Source of the DNA: Eledone cirrhosa
Taxonomy: Eukaryota
Direction of reading: 5' to 3'
Length of the DNA: 64,000 bases
Assembly: GCA_964016885.1 (NCBI GenBank)
Contig: OZ024743.1
Coordinates: 193,440,001 to 193,504,000, forward strand
Shown: one piece after another, positions 36,447-49,612 of the stretch
Numbering within the stretch: the first letter of the stretch is position 1
Layout: each line of letters starts with the position of its first letter
Program-made: the position numbers and the translations under genes
The notes under the pieces: model-generated
Told to the model about the DNA's origin: nothing
The model's database searches: none
Seen by the model: the letters and a program-made list of their open reading frames with translations, nothing else

Positions 36447-39400
36447 GTATACTCCAGTCCTACAAACTGTAGAGTGCTTCTTATCCGATATCTGCATTGC
36501 TTTATTGTACTACAATAAAACTCACCTCCTATATATATATATATATATATATACATATTTATATACTTGTATATAAATATATATATATATATATAGTTAT
36601 ATACATATTTATATACTTGTATATAAATATATATATATATATACATACACATACACACACTCTGTGCAATAGTTTTTAAAACTAGCCCAGATAGTTCCAT
36701 AAAAAAACAAACAACTTAATTCTCAGTTAACAAGGAACACTAAATTATTGTTAAAACTGAAGAAAAAATTGAACAAAGTTTTTGCTGAACATAGATGACA
36801 TGATATGTCACTGCTCTATTAACAGTTCACTACAACACTGATGAAGCTGAAGCTGCTGCTGCTGTAGATATTCATTATCAAGCTACAAGGTATGGATTCA
36901 TCACATCTAAAAATTGTTTCAATCGTTTCACTTAGCAATTAATATATTTCCATAAAATACATTTACTTTGGTTTCAAATGTGGAAAAATTAATTAGGAAA
37001 TTTGAAGAAAAGAATTTGAATTAAAATAGCTGAAATAAAGTGAAAAAAAAAAAAAATTCAAAACAAAAATTGGATAAAATTTAATGTTTACTGAAGTGAA
37101 ATATTTTTATAATGAAAATAATAATATTTTATTGTTTTATTCTAGTATTTCAGAGCCATACCAATAGGACAACATAGCTAAGAAGTCTGTAAGCAGGGAA
37201 AACATTTATTTCTTTAACAATTTTAATTTAAATAAAAATTCAAAATACCAAGAGTCAATTGTCTAGATACATAAGAATCAAAAGAATGATTTGTCAGTTC
37301 TTTTACTGATATTGGTAAAAGAAAATTTGTTGAGAACTTCAATTGTTTTTTTAAAATTTGTTTTGATAGTTCACAATCAATAAGCATGAAGCAAAATTGT
37401 GAATTGTTATTTGTGCCTACATGGTAGACAGCTACCATAGTGACAACAGCAATGCTCTAGTCATTACTGCCAACACTATTTTGTCAGATAGCTAGGATTT
37501 GAAGTTAGCATTTCAAGAAAAAAGAGATTTGGAAGACAACATGAGGGACTGTTAAAAATAATTTTGAGATGTTTTTTTTATTAGATTTAACAAAATGGAA
37601 TTCAATTGTTTGAAAGTAAATATCTGTATTTGTTAACTCTTGTATTCTTTAAACATTTTTATTTATGAAGTATTAAATTTATTAGAAAACATTTTAATAT
37701 TTTCGATAATTCCAAAGTAAAAGTTTTTCTTAACTTCTTGCTAGAAAAAAAAAATATACTATGATAGAATAATTCATGCAAAATATCTTTTAATTGTTAT
37801 ATCTAAATATATAGCTTCTCTCAATAGAAGTTACATACACAACTTAAATTAATTGATTTTATTTTAGTTTCAGTAGTATTTTAAAACTTTTTTGATAACA
37901 ACCCTTCAGAAACAGTTTTTGGCCCTATAATAAAAGAAAACAAAACTGCCCCTGACTTCATGATACTAAACTGTCCATTTTAAAGTCTTCATATTACTCA
38001 AACCACACAAAGGCATAGATACGTCCTCTTCGACACTCTCCAAGGTTCCCAATGGATCCATATATAATGGATGGTACATCTGAAATATATTGGGACATTA
38101 TCTTTAATTCTTGTTTTTCTTCCTATTCTCCACTGAACCCTACCTCTTTCATCCTTCAACTGATTTTGTTGCCTTAACCCATTAGCATTGATATTACTCT
38201 AAATTTACTATTCTATATTCATGTTAAATCTAAAGTCTATGAGATTTTGATGATGTTATTGTTTATTTTAAGAATGCTATCTTAACGTCAGTGTGAGGTG
38301 CTGGTTACAGCAGTTTCAAAAAGGGGAAAGAATTCTGGCCGGATACAGCTGGTTTAAATGTTAAAGGGTTAATATTGGTTAATATTTACAACCCCACTTG
38401 CATTGTAACAGCTTCCAAGACATAACCACTACTCATATTTATATTAACACTTTTCAACAGAAAATTTATGTAAGAATTTTTTTATTAAGTTGGGGTACAA
38501 GTATCAGTTTATATATATATATAAAAAAAAATCCTCTAAATTTTTGATTATTTTCAAAATTGATTTCCAATCTAGGCACTAAACTATATATTAACCCCAG
38601 TAATTTGTTGGGAGAAGAAAGTCGAGTATACAACCCCGGTATTTCACTGGTACTTTATTTTATCTACACCAGAAATGATGAAAGGCAAATTTAACTTTGG
38701 TGGGATTTGAACTCAGAATGTAAAGAACCAGAACAAAATACCACAATGGTATTTTATCCAACGCTCTACCAATTCACCTAATCCACCACAATATTATTTT
38801 CAAAACAAATTGAAACAAGTTGACAGTGTATTTCATTAGAAATATGGTAAGAAAAGAGTTACTTATTGATCTATCTAAAGTCTGTCTGGAGCTCAGAGGC
38901 TCATGAAGCCGGCGCTTATCTCGGTTTTCGTGAAATGAAGTGACTGAGCGTACAAGATTCCTTCCTGGATAGGATGCCAGTCCATTGCAGGGTTAAACCC
39001 GCAGCTATTGCTAGTACTCATTTTCAGCTGAGTATACATGTGTATATATATATATATGGTTTTCAGAAAATCCTGTATAAGTATGAAAGCAAAAATTGTT
39101 TGCTTAAACTTTTAATCTGTGCTAGTAATATATATATATATATATGTGTTTATGTGTATGTAAGTATATATATATGCATGAGAAAATGGACGTTAAATGA
39201 TGATGACGATATATATATATACATATACATGATGATGATGATGATGATATATATATATAAGGTAGATTATATTCATTTATATATATGTATATATATGAAA
39301 TGCTGCAATAATTGTTTAGCTGCTGAGAGTTGCACAATATGGACATATAAATTTATAGAAATTGCGTAAGTTCAACCAATAAACATAACAAAGTATGGAA

Positions 39401-40019
39401 ACAATTGTAGGGAGTCATAAAACAGAACAAAATGTAATTTTCATCATCCATTGTCATCGCGATATATAAGCATCAGAGATTGTTAATATTATCATCATTA
39501 TTTAATGTCTGTTTACCTGCTAGTATGGGTTGGACGGGTCGTCACAGACCAAGTCAGTATTTAATCAGAGCTGCTGGCCTCTTAGATAGGCCAGGGGCCA
39601 CATCTCTCTCTCACATATGAGCCTGCATTCTACAGAGTGTACTGGGTGCATTATATCTATCTATCTATATATATATGTCTACTCTGACTTTCCCCATGTC
39701 TATGCATTTATTCAGGTGGCAAAGAGAGAGAGAGCGAGATAGAGGTTGCAGATGTGGAAACAAAAGTTAGAATTGAAAGACCTTTGAGTAAATTTCGGAA
39801 AGACCAAATTCTTGGTAAGTAGGAAAATAGACAGAATCATGCTTCCATCATGGAAATGACCAGGTTCCATTTAGAGAAAAGGAGGTAGAAACTCCATCCA
39901 GTGCATCCAGTGTAAAGTTTGGGTGCACAAGTAAAGTAGTGGGATCACAGACAGGCTAACAGACAAGAAATGTTGTATGTGGCAGATGCACATGGGTAGC
40001 TCATAGTAAGAACACCAGA

Positions 40020-40690
40020 GAAATAACTTCTTTCTTATCCAAGGAAGGCTCCATAGAAAAGCTGATAGCTTCTACTATCTAGGTGACCAAATTAACAGTA
40101 AGGGAGGGTGCTCCAAAAACATAATAGCCAGAGTAAGAATGGGAAGAAAAAAGTTGAGGGAGCTACCACCTCTGCTAGCAATAAACGGATTCTCTCTCCA
40201 AGTGAAGGGAAGATTATATGATGCCTGTGTATGAAGAGCAATGTTGCATGGTAGTGAGACATAATCACTGAATGCAGAGAATGTATGAACATGTGAAAGA
40301 AATAAGGCTACCATGCTCTGCTGGATGTGAAATGTTAGTGTTCATAAAGGATAAAGCACAGATGAATTGAGAAAAAATAATTGGCACAAGAGAAACCAGA
40401 TGTAGAGTGAAAGAGAGATGATTATTCAGGTACAGACATGTAATGTATAGGGATGATGATAGTTGGGTGAAGAACAAATTCCAGAAGTTCCAAGTGGAAG
40501 GAAACTGCAGAAGAGGAAGACCAAGAAAAATCTTGGCTGAAGTGGTGAGAGTTGATCTCAGATTGCTGAATCTTATACATAGGATGACGAAGGAACATGA
40601 TGAGTGGAGGAAAGCTGTACTGGAGAAAACTCATCCAATTCATGCAAGTATGAAAGGTAGATGTAAAATTGATGACGATAACGATGATAG
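40020..40690 (+). mobile_element. degraded RTE LINE fragment
   Basis: Decayed YLGD / LYDAC / MLHGSET / GRPRK coding remnants; similar remnants at 23270-23550 (+) and 61355-61720 (-). Confidence 0.75.
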
Positions 40691-43009
40691 TGGTGATGGT
40701 AAAGAAGATAAATATTCTTAAGAAATGCAAAGACACAAGAATATTTATCCTTTTCACCACCAAAGACATAGAAAAACCCAGAGTAGTGATGGAGTGAATC
40801 ATTATTATTAGCTAAAATTTGAGGCAACAAGAGAGCCTCTTGGATTGATGAAAGAACTTCTTGAGTCAACAAGGAGCTGCTTGAACCAGCATGGTCACTT
40901 GACTAGTTAAAAATAGCAGGCAAAAGTTCCTAAAATTGTACTTTAGTGTCTTAAAAAAGGAAGGGCACATTAAATAATGTAGTGCTAGATATATTATGCT
41001 GAAAAAAAAAAGAGGAAAAGATGGGCTGTCCAAGTCTAGAATGCCTGTGATCATAGGTCGGCTCACTCAGGGATACCTAGGGCTAAATGATAACATTACT
41101 GAATATAAAATTTATTGATTAAAATGAAAATCAAATCAAACAAAAAAAAAATAATGAAAAATAATTTTAAAAATATTTATAATTTTTTTATTTTTACTCA
41201 TTAGGTCTGTAGAAAGGGGAAGTACCAGAGCCTTTACAGGCTCTCAGAGACCAGGATTTCAAATGTATTACATGTATAACATAATTTGAGCTTATCAAAT
41301 CTATGGGTTGTATGTTTTTTTGCAAAATGTAATATATCTATGAACTATTATTGTAGCTTGTGTTTTTACATATTTAAAAAAATGATGTTTCCTCTATTCT
41401 AATCCTTCACCTGTAGATTCGGAGTAGTGCCTATTTTCATTTAAAATGATTTCTAATTTAGGCACAAAGCCAGTAAATTTTGGAGGAAGGATAAAGTTGA
41501 TTAAATTAACCCCGAGTATTTGAGTGGTACTTTATTTTATTGACCCCCAGAAGGATGAAAGGCAAAACTGACATTGGCAGGATTTGAACTCAGAGCCAAA
41601 ACAAATACCACAACGACATGTTAGCCGATGCTCTACCAATTCTGCCAATCCACCACCCATATTTTCATGTCAATTAAATGAAACAATCAGATATATAACA
41701 TTGATAAGATTCACAGCACATGTCTTTGAGCTCATAGTCTTTGGGCTTGGACTGGCAGTCTAGCACCTTAATAACTTATGTATTCCAACTTTTATTTGGA
41801 TATTTCTATATGAAACAATACTATAGACTTCCACCCACATTAAGAAAATTAATTAAATTAAATGTCTTATTTATTATGAGATGAATGTTAATGTGATAAA
41901 ATGAAGAAAAATTTGGCTGAGAAGTTTACCCAGTGAAATGATTTAGAAATGATTTAGAAATGATTTAGAAAAAAAAAAAAGTAAAATAATTTAGTCGCAT
42001 AGAATGCAAAATTTTGTTTGTAAAATAAATTAAAGCTCATTTCATTATGAATCAAATCAATTTTAGAGAATAATAAAATTTGACAGTCATGGTCTTTTTC
42101 CTTATATCAAACAAAATATTAGAGAAAGATATAAAATTAATAAATAGATTTTAAAAATTAAGTCATACTATAATTTTTTAAACAATCGTGGGCTTAATAA
42201 TGGTTTCTGATTTAGGTACAAGGTCAACAATTTTAAGGGTAAGTTGATTAAATTAACCCCAGTGCGTTACTGGTACTTTATTTTATCGACCTTGTTAGGG
42301 TGAAAGGCAAAACTAACCTCGGTGGGATTTGAACTCAGAACATAAAGGGGCATAACTCTCTGCTGCAAAGCAGGGTGTCCAACGTTCTACAGATACTGTT
42401 AATGGGCTTAATAATGAAAACATTTATGAAATAAAGTACTTATAATCAATATTTAATGAAAATAAAATCAACAGTGCTAGAAATATTCTGCTGTTTCCAT
42501 CTGAAATTGTTAAAGAGAAGCAGACATTTTCTCTGAATTGATTTTACTCAATCTATATTAGGATCCAGAAAACAATAACCAGTTATTTTTAATTGTTATT
42601 CTAGAAAAAATACAAACAGCCTTACATGTTCATCAATTTTAAGTGGAGAAGGGAAGACGGGTCCTTTGTCTGGTAGAATATAAGTAGTAGCCAGCAGTAT
42701 TTTTCTGAGACAGAAACATTAATGGAATTGGTCAAAAATTTCTTAATGGTTGTAAGTCATACTAATGACTGCACTAGTATGAATGCTTGAATACACCATA
42801 TATATATATATATATATATATGGATATAAATGTGTGTGGTGTGTAAATATATATATATGTGTGTGTGTGTGTCTATATATATATTGGTATGCTTAAGATT
42901 AGACAGAATTTATTTCATGAATTTTATAGTGTGCTGCAGAAAAAATAATCATTTGAAACTTTTTCGTGTTTTGATCCCTGTAAGCTCACAGTATAAAAAA
43001 ATGATGAGA

Positions 43010-43120
43010 CAGATATATATATATATACATATATATATATATTATATATACATATATATACACACATATATATATACACATATATATATATATACATATA
43101 TTTTATATACATATATATAC

Positions 43121-43151
<31 letters not shown>

Positions 43152-43572
43152 CATATACATATATACACATATATATACATATATATATATACATATATAT
43201 ATATATACACATATATATATATACATATATATCATATATATATATACATATATACATATATATATATATACATATACATATATATATACATATATATATA
43301 CCATATATATATACATATATATATATATACACACATATATATATATACACATATATACATATATATATATATATATATACATATATATCATATATACACA
43401 TATACACATACATATATATACATATATATATATTATATAAATATATACATATACACATATATATATATTATACACACACACATGTATATATAATGTATAT
43501 ATAATATATATATATATATATAGATGTATATACATACACATGTACACACATATATATATATATATATATATA
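43010..43572. repeat. (TA)n/(TACA)n microsatellite field
   Basis: Direct reading; similar fields at 10585-10765, 32020-32325, 34835-35020, 50410-50940. Confidence 0.95.
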
Positions 43573-44112
43573 TTTAAAAAGATGTCACAAATTATCAAAT
43601 ATAGCAATTGTGTTTATCTGTTTACATTATGGTGGGGATTGGAGAGCTTTAGATATAAATAAAATTGCTTGCAATGAGTCTTTTTCATAAACAACATGTC
43701 AGTCAAACGTGGAAAATAGAATTTGAGATAGCAGATAAACTGTATGGGTATGAAAAATGATTATTTAACTGTTGAAAGCACATCAAATCAAGTCACTGCA
43801 TAAAGAGGACTCAATAACAGTGGTTCAGTGAAAATTAATAAGATAAAATTGAGAAATATAATATTTATATTGACAATAAACTCCAGTACTTTAAGCATCT
43901 TGAGATGATGTTAGTTTTCTTGCCATCTTCCACAGCCAGTGTGTTTTTAGCAGTGACTAGCTTTTCCTTTCTTCTTGGAAGAAATGAGAACATCAAAGCA
44001 GAACTATCTGCAACTATACCCCTTCTATATCAGTTCGGACATTAAAAAAAAAAAAGCATAAAATATCAAATAAAATACAGTTGAGTTACAAACATGAACT
44101 CACTAAATTTTA

Positions 44113-45803
44113 TCATACATACTCTTCGTCTGATTTTGCCCCAACATTTGTAACAACTTCAGGCTGCAAATTTTGGCTTTGCTCATTGTCCGGCAATGAT
44201 GCGATATCTTTAAAAACACCAACTAACTTTTCAAAATTTGGCCCCCATGTAAGCAGATAATCTAAGTCAAACGAGCCTACTGTACCTCGATTTTTTGATT
44301 TGTCTTCATCAGAAGACACAAGGGTACTATATGATTCACCGGCAGAATCTAAGCCATCGTAATCAAATGTCCTATTGTCCACAGGGCTCTCATCATTTTC
44401 ATTCTCTACTTCAGTTAGTTTTGAATATATCATTGAACCAGGCTCAAAGTCATTACGTACTCGTTCAGTGTCATATTCAAATTCTGAACAAGTAAAAGAG
44501 TCATTTGCACTGCCATTTGAGCTAGAATCTTGTGCATCCATGAGACCACTGCTATTCAGGTTATCGCTTCCTTTACCCCATCTAGCAATGTTCTCATCAC
44601 TTGAACTTACTGATTCCCGTATACTTTCAGGATGGGTAGAATCAGGACAAGCATTTAGTCTATTTACTTCCTCCACAGAGAATCCTTTCATACGATTCCC
44701 TCTACCATTATTAGAGCTACTTCTTGGAGCTGGCTGAGGTTTTAATGCAACTTTAGGTTTAGATTTGCCAGGTTTTCCTGTACAGTTGTCTGAGGATGCT
44801 GAGTGGGAATTCCAATGATTATTTGAGCTAGGAGTCAGTACACAGGGACTTTGATGTGCCAGGAGATTCATTGGGCTTTGTCTAATTCCTACAGGTGCAG
44901 GGCTGCTGCGAGCTAAATTGTTGAGGTGCATGGGGCTACTGCGAGCTGGTACAGATAAAGGTCCATTATAATTTAAAGCATTTGAAGCTGGTACATTACC
45001 GGACCACATATTTTGTTGAGGGTTTGCAATATAAGGATGTCGATAACCAATCAGGTTAGAACTAGGTTTGTATTTATTGATCTTTCCATCTCGAAATCCT
45101 TTATAATGAGTAACAATATCAATATCTGAAGGAGCTATACTGCTGGCATTCTCCAAATCATAGTGTTCTGGCACATCTTCATTGAGGTGAACACTTTGAG
45201 AGAGATCTCCATTTTCAATTATTACAGTTCCGTCTTCCATTTCAAGAGGAACTACAGGATGACTTTCAGATTCAATAATATCAGGTCTTGCCATACAACT
45301 ATTGTCATGAGCCTTTTGGGCTAATTCTTCAAGAATGTGATTACGAATAATTATTTCATCAGGAATACCGTTTCCTTCCACATATTCAGCTTCGCTGTAA
45401 GTTTGACTGTTGTTTTTTAAATTACTATTATTCCTTCTCTGATTGCAAAACTTATTTAATACTCCAGATTTGCTGTTCTTATTATGTTGCTGGTTACTGT
45501 GCCGCCGGTGGCGCCGCCAGTACACAATAAGACCAACAATAATCAAGATGAGAATTAGAAGAATTAATAGAGGAAGTAAAATCTTCAGCAGTAAGGGAAG
45601 GTCTATTGAAGAGTAAGGAAGACACTTATATGTTGATGCTTCTACTTCACATGTCATATCAGTTCCGCAAGGATTTGTAGAACACAAACTGGGGCAATCA
45701 GCACTGACATTTCCTACGGCTGTCACATCAAATCTATCTGTAGAGCCACCAAATGGCATTTTCTGACCATTGAGAAAGAAGTCTTCTAAGCAGCCTTCAA
45801 AAC
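44113..45803 (-). CDS. FAT4: Fat/FAT4 terminal exon: LamG end, EGF, TM, cytoplasmic domain
   Basis: GFEGCL, TM LLLKILLPLLILLILILIIVGLIVYW, Fat/Fat4 motifs HYDLENASSIAPSDIDIV.HYK and SFTCSEFEYD, C-terminus EEYV*; CAG acceptor at 45804-45806. Confidence 0.93.
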
Positions 45804-47384
45804 CTGAAAATAAAAAGAGAGAAAAATAAAACAAAAAATGTAAGATAAAGAGAAAATATATGATATATGGCGGGGATGTATTTGTTTTGCAAGGTTTTTG
45901 ATACATCACCGCCATAGCACAGGCTTGTGCCAAGCCAGTAGGATATTGAAACACAAAATACTAGCGTGGAAGATGGACGTTAAACGAAGATGATGATGAT
46001 GATGAATTTTATTTATATTGAAAACCAAACCAAACCAAACCAAACAGTGAATGTGTTTTACTATTTTGGCAATATTAGGATAACATGACCCTCTTCAAAT
46101 ATAATGGTTTCCGATTTACGCACAAGGCCAACAATTTTAGGGAGGGGAAAGTCAATTAAATAGACCCAGGGCATTACTGGCGATTTATTTTATTGATCCC
46201 TTTAGGATAGGAGGCAAAGCTAACCTCGGTGAGATTTGAACTCAGAACAAAAAGGACTGTAACTCTATGCTGCAAAGCATGGTGTACCCTCCCCAAATAT
46301 AACAATAGATGATATATGATGTTACTGAAATAAAATTAAAACAGCTTAACGCTTTCGTGATGGTATTTCTAATTAAATACACTCATCATTATCAGAAAAC
46401 AGTACAGCTCCCATGACATTAGGAAACATTTTTTCATGTTCAGAGTTGCTGAAGCATGGAACAAACTACCTGCATCAGTTGTTAGCTGTCAGGTCACTGC
46501 ACCCTTCAAAACTTCCATTTGCCAACACTACATCTGATATTCCCCCTCCATACACACACACGCATGTATATGTGTCTGTGTATATCATGACTCATACACT
46601 GTTCACTTTCCTGACATTTGTACATTATTCTATGTACTATACATGCAATTTGATGAGTTGTAGTGCACCTGAGTACTATACACAATAATAATAATTATTA
46701 TTATTATTGTTTAACATCTGCTTTCCCTGCTAGCAAGGGTTGGATGAGTCGTCAGCATACTAATGTTGGTACTCAAGCAGAGCTACTGACCCCACAGATG
46801 GGCTTGGAGCCTGCATCTTGTTTACATGCATTCCTGCTGTCTATGGAGTGCTCAGATAAGTCAGCTGCCTGCAACTCATGTACATAAGATTCTGCACACT
46901 ATCAAGTGCATTTTATCATAATATTAAACTGTGAAACTTCCATGTGTCTCTCTCTATATATATACCCACCTTTATCCCATACATATTATATATAATGCAC
47001 AGCTATATAATCCTTTATAATCCTAGAGAACAAATGATTCAAATTCAACAAAAATTGTAATTGTGTAAATAATTTCTTGTTTAATTAAAGATTTTAAATT
47101 ATAGATAAATGAAAAAACAATGTGAGTGTATTTGAATACATATAAAATGAGAAAACTCATGGCTTGAACAGCTAAATGCTGTGAAAGACATAAAATCGGC
47201 AAAAATGCCACAGAGGACAGAAACCAGTGGCTAGTGGTTTGTTTCTCTGTTGACCATTGGCTATTGGTCTCTGTCCTCTGACACATTTTGCCCATTGCTG
47301 ACTTTGACAGAATTTAGCTGTTTTAAAAGCTGTTCTAACGATGAGTTTTCTCATTTTTATATGTATTTAAATTATAGTTTTTAC

Positions 47385-47528
47385 CTGGTATGGTTTCTTT
47401 ATGAATGGATAATGTATGTTTTGTGTTGGCCAAAAACATCACTTCAACATCCACAGAAGAAATATCTAGTGGATTTGAGATAAACACCTGAGTTTTTTCA
47501 TTTTCACCTTCAACTGTTACACTGTCAC
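47385..47528 (-). CDS. FAT4: Fat/FAT4 exon (LamG2)
   Basis: GDSVTVEGENEKTQVFISNPLDISSVDVEVMFLANTKHTLSIHKETIP; CAG/GTAAA; fills the missing LamG segment in phase. Confidence 0.8.
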
Positions 47529-47751
47529 CTGCAATAAATGATGATATAATGAGTTGATAGTCTCTCTATTAAAATACCCAAAATATTCATTTGCACTTTT
47601 ACTAGTTTTAGTCATTAGACTGGCCATGCTAGGGCACTGCTTTAATTTAGTTGACCATATCAAATCCAGTATTTATTTTTTCCAAGCCTTACTATATTGA
47701 TTTTTTTTTTTTTTTTTTACAAACAAATGTAAACATAAACATGAACTAATA

Positions 47752-47789
<38 letters not shown>

Positions 47790-47916
47790 CCAAAAGTTAA
47801 ACAAAGTTCATTGATTAATCAATAAATATAGTTTTACAATAGATTAGAAGCACTCAACAGTTAAAGTTTTCTGGAGTTATTAATATTAATAAATATAGTT
47901 ATTAATATTAATAAAT

Positions 47917-49330
47917 AAAGTTAGGATTGGCAATGAGTATAGCGAGGAATTTAGCGTACAGGTTGGGGTCCACCAGGGCTCTGTTCTTAGCCCTCTCCTG
48001 TTCATCATAGTCCTGCAGGCAATAACGGAGGAGTTTAAGACCGGATGCCCATGGGAACTCCTGTATGCTGATGACCTCGCACTCATAGCTGAATCTATGG
48101 TAGAACTAGAGAATAAATTCCAAACCTGGAAGCAGGGACTAGAGAGAAAGGGCCTCAAAGTCAACATGACAAAGACTAAGGTCCTTATAAGTAGACGAGA
48201 AAACAGAACCCAGATCCCCTCAGGGAAATGGCCTTGCTCAGTATGTAGGAAAGGTGTAGGTAGGAACTCCATTCTTTGCCCCAAATGCAAACAATGGGTA
48301 CACAAGAGATGTAGCGGGATCTCAGGAAGCTTAATTAAGAATGTAGGATTCACATGCAGCAGCTGTGCTGAAACAGCAAGCAAACAGCCACAGGAAACAA
48401 GTACCACCAATCTCTGGGAGGGCCCTGTAGAAACAGTAGACAGCTTCTGCTACCTAGGTGACCGAATTAGCAACGGAGGTGGGTGCTCAGAAAGTACAAT
48501 AACTAGGGTAAGAACGGGATGGAAGAAGTTTAGGGAACTACTACCACTGCTAGCTGCAAAAGGCTTCTCCCTCAGAATGAAAGGCAGACTGTATGATGCG
48601 TGTATCCGAACAGCGATGTTGCATGGTAGTGAGACCTGGGCGCTGAAGGTGGAAGACTTACGTAGATTAGAGAGAAACGAAGCCTGCATGCTCCGATGGA
48701 TGTGTAACAGTAATATACGTGAACGACAAAGCATAAATGAATTGAGAGAGAGACTGAGCATAAGAGGAATCAAATGCTGCGTGCAGGAGAGGCGGTTACG
48801 CTGGTATGGACATGTGATGCGTATGAAGGATGACAGCTGCATAAAAAGGTGCAGAGCACTAGAAGTTGATGGAAACCGCGGAGTGGGGAGACCCAAGATG
48901 ACTTGGGATGAGGTGATAAAAGCCGACCTTACCCAACTACACCTCCTAAAGTCAATGACACACGACCGTGACTTCTGGCGTCACGCAGTAATACAGGGTA
49001 CCCGACCTCCCATGGGTACATGCTGAAGCATATAAACAATATGCCCCCCCCCCCCCACCGCAAGGTGGTCGTGGAGGTGCCACGGCAAAAAAGCACCCAG
49101 CCCACACTGTAAAGTGGACGTGTAGGCGCCACGAAAAAGCACCCAGCACTCACTGTAAATGAGGTTGGTGTTAGGAAGGGCATCCAGCTGTAGAAATCAA
49201 GCCAGATCAGTTCCTGTATGAGCAAGGCATGGTCAGCCGACCAGACACTGCCCACAACAGGACAACCCGTCTAACCCATGCTAGCGTGGAAGAACGGACG
49301 TAAAACGGTGATGATGATGATGATGATGAT
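47917..49330 (+). mobile_element. RTE-clade LINE, related subfamily, 5'-truncated
   Basis: GVHQGSVLSP, YADD, PHD-like finger, RWYGHV; (GAT)n tail 49310-49330. Confidence 0.92.
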
Positions 49331-49612
49331 AGACATTCAACGTAATCAAAATATATTTTATTATATATATTTCGGAGGTACTGTGCTGTTTTTTCAGTAC
49401 GTCCTCATCAGATAAAATATATAAATTGATGTGTGACATATCTCAACTGTGCTGATGGTTCAATGCCAAGACTGGAATTGAACCATCAGCACAGTTGAGG
49501 TATGTCACACATCAATTTATATATTTTATCTGATGAGGACGTACTGAAAAAACAGTACAGTACCTCCGAAATATATATAATAAAATATATTTTGATTACG
49601 TTGAATGTCTAT
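49329..49612. repeat. inverted repeat, 136-bp arms, 12-nt spacer
   Basis: 49329-49464 vs 49477-49612, two mismatches seen. Confidence 0.95.
49519..49590 (+). ncRNA. type I hammerhead ribozyme with palindromic stem III (family 3); mirror copy on - at 49351-49422
   Basis: 11-bp stem I; CUGAUGA 49530-36; stem II GGA-c-GUACUG/CAGUAC-c-UCC; GAAA; AUAUAUAU; AUA cleavage after 49579. Confidence 0.82.

Noticed and set aside
42830-43607. Long YI/IY-rich ORFs (also near 10.5, 32, 34.8 and 50.5 kb)
   Set aside because: TA/TACA microsatellites lack stop codons
45804-45954. Hydrophobic N-terminus of the 613-aa ORF looking like a signal or TM segment
   Set aside because: Intronic polypyrimidine tract upstream of the CAG acceptor at 45804-45806
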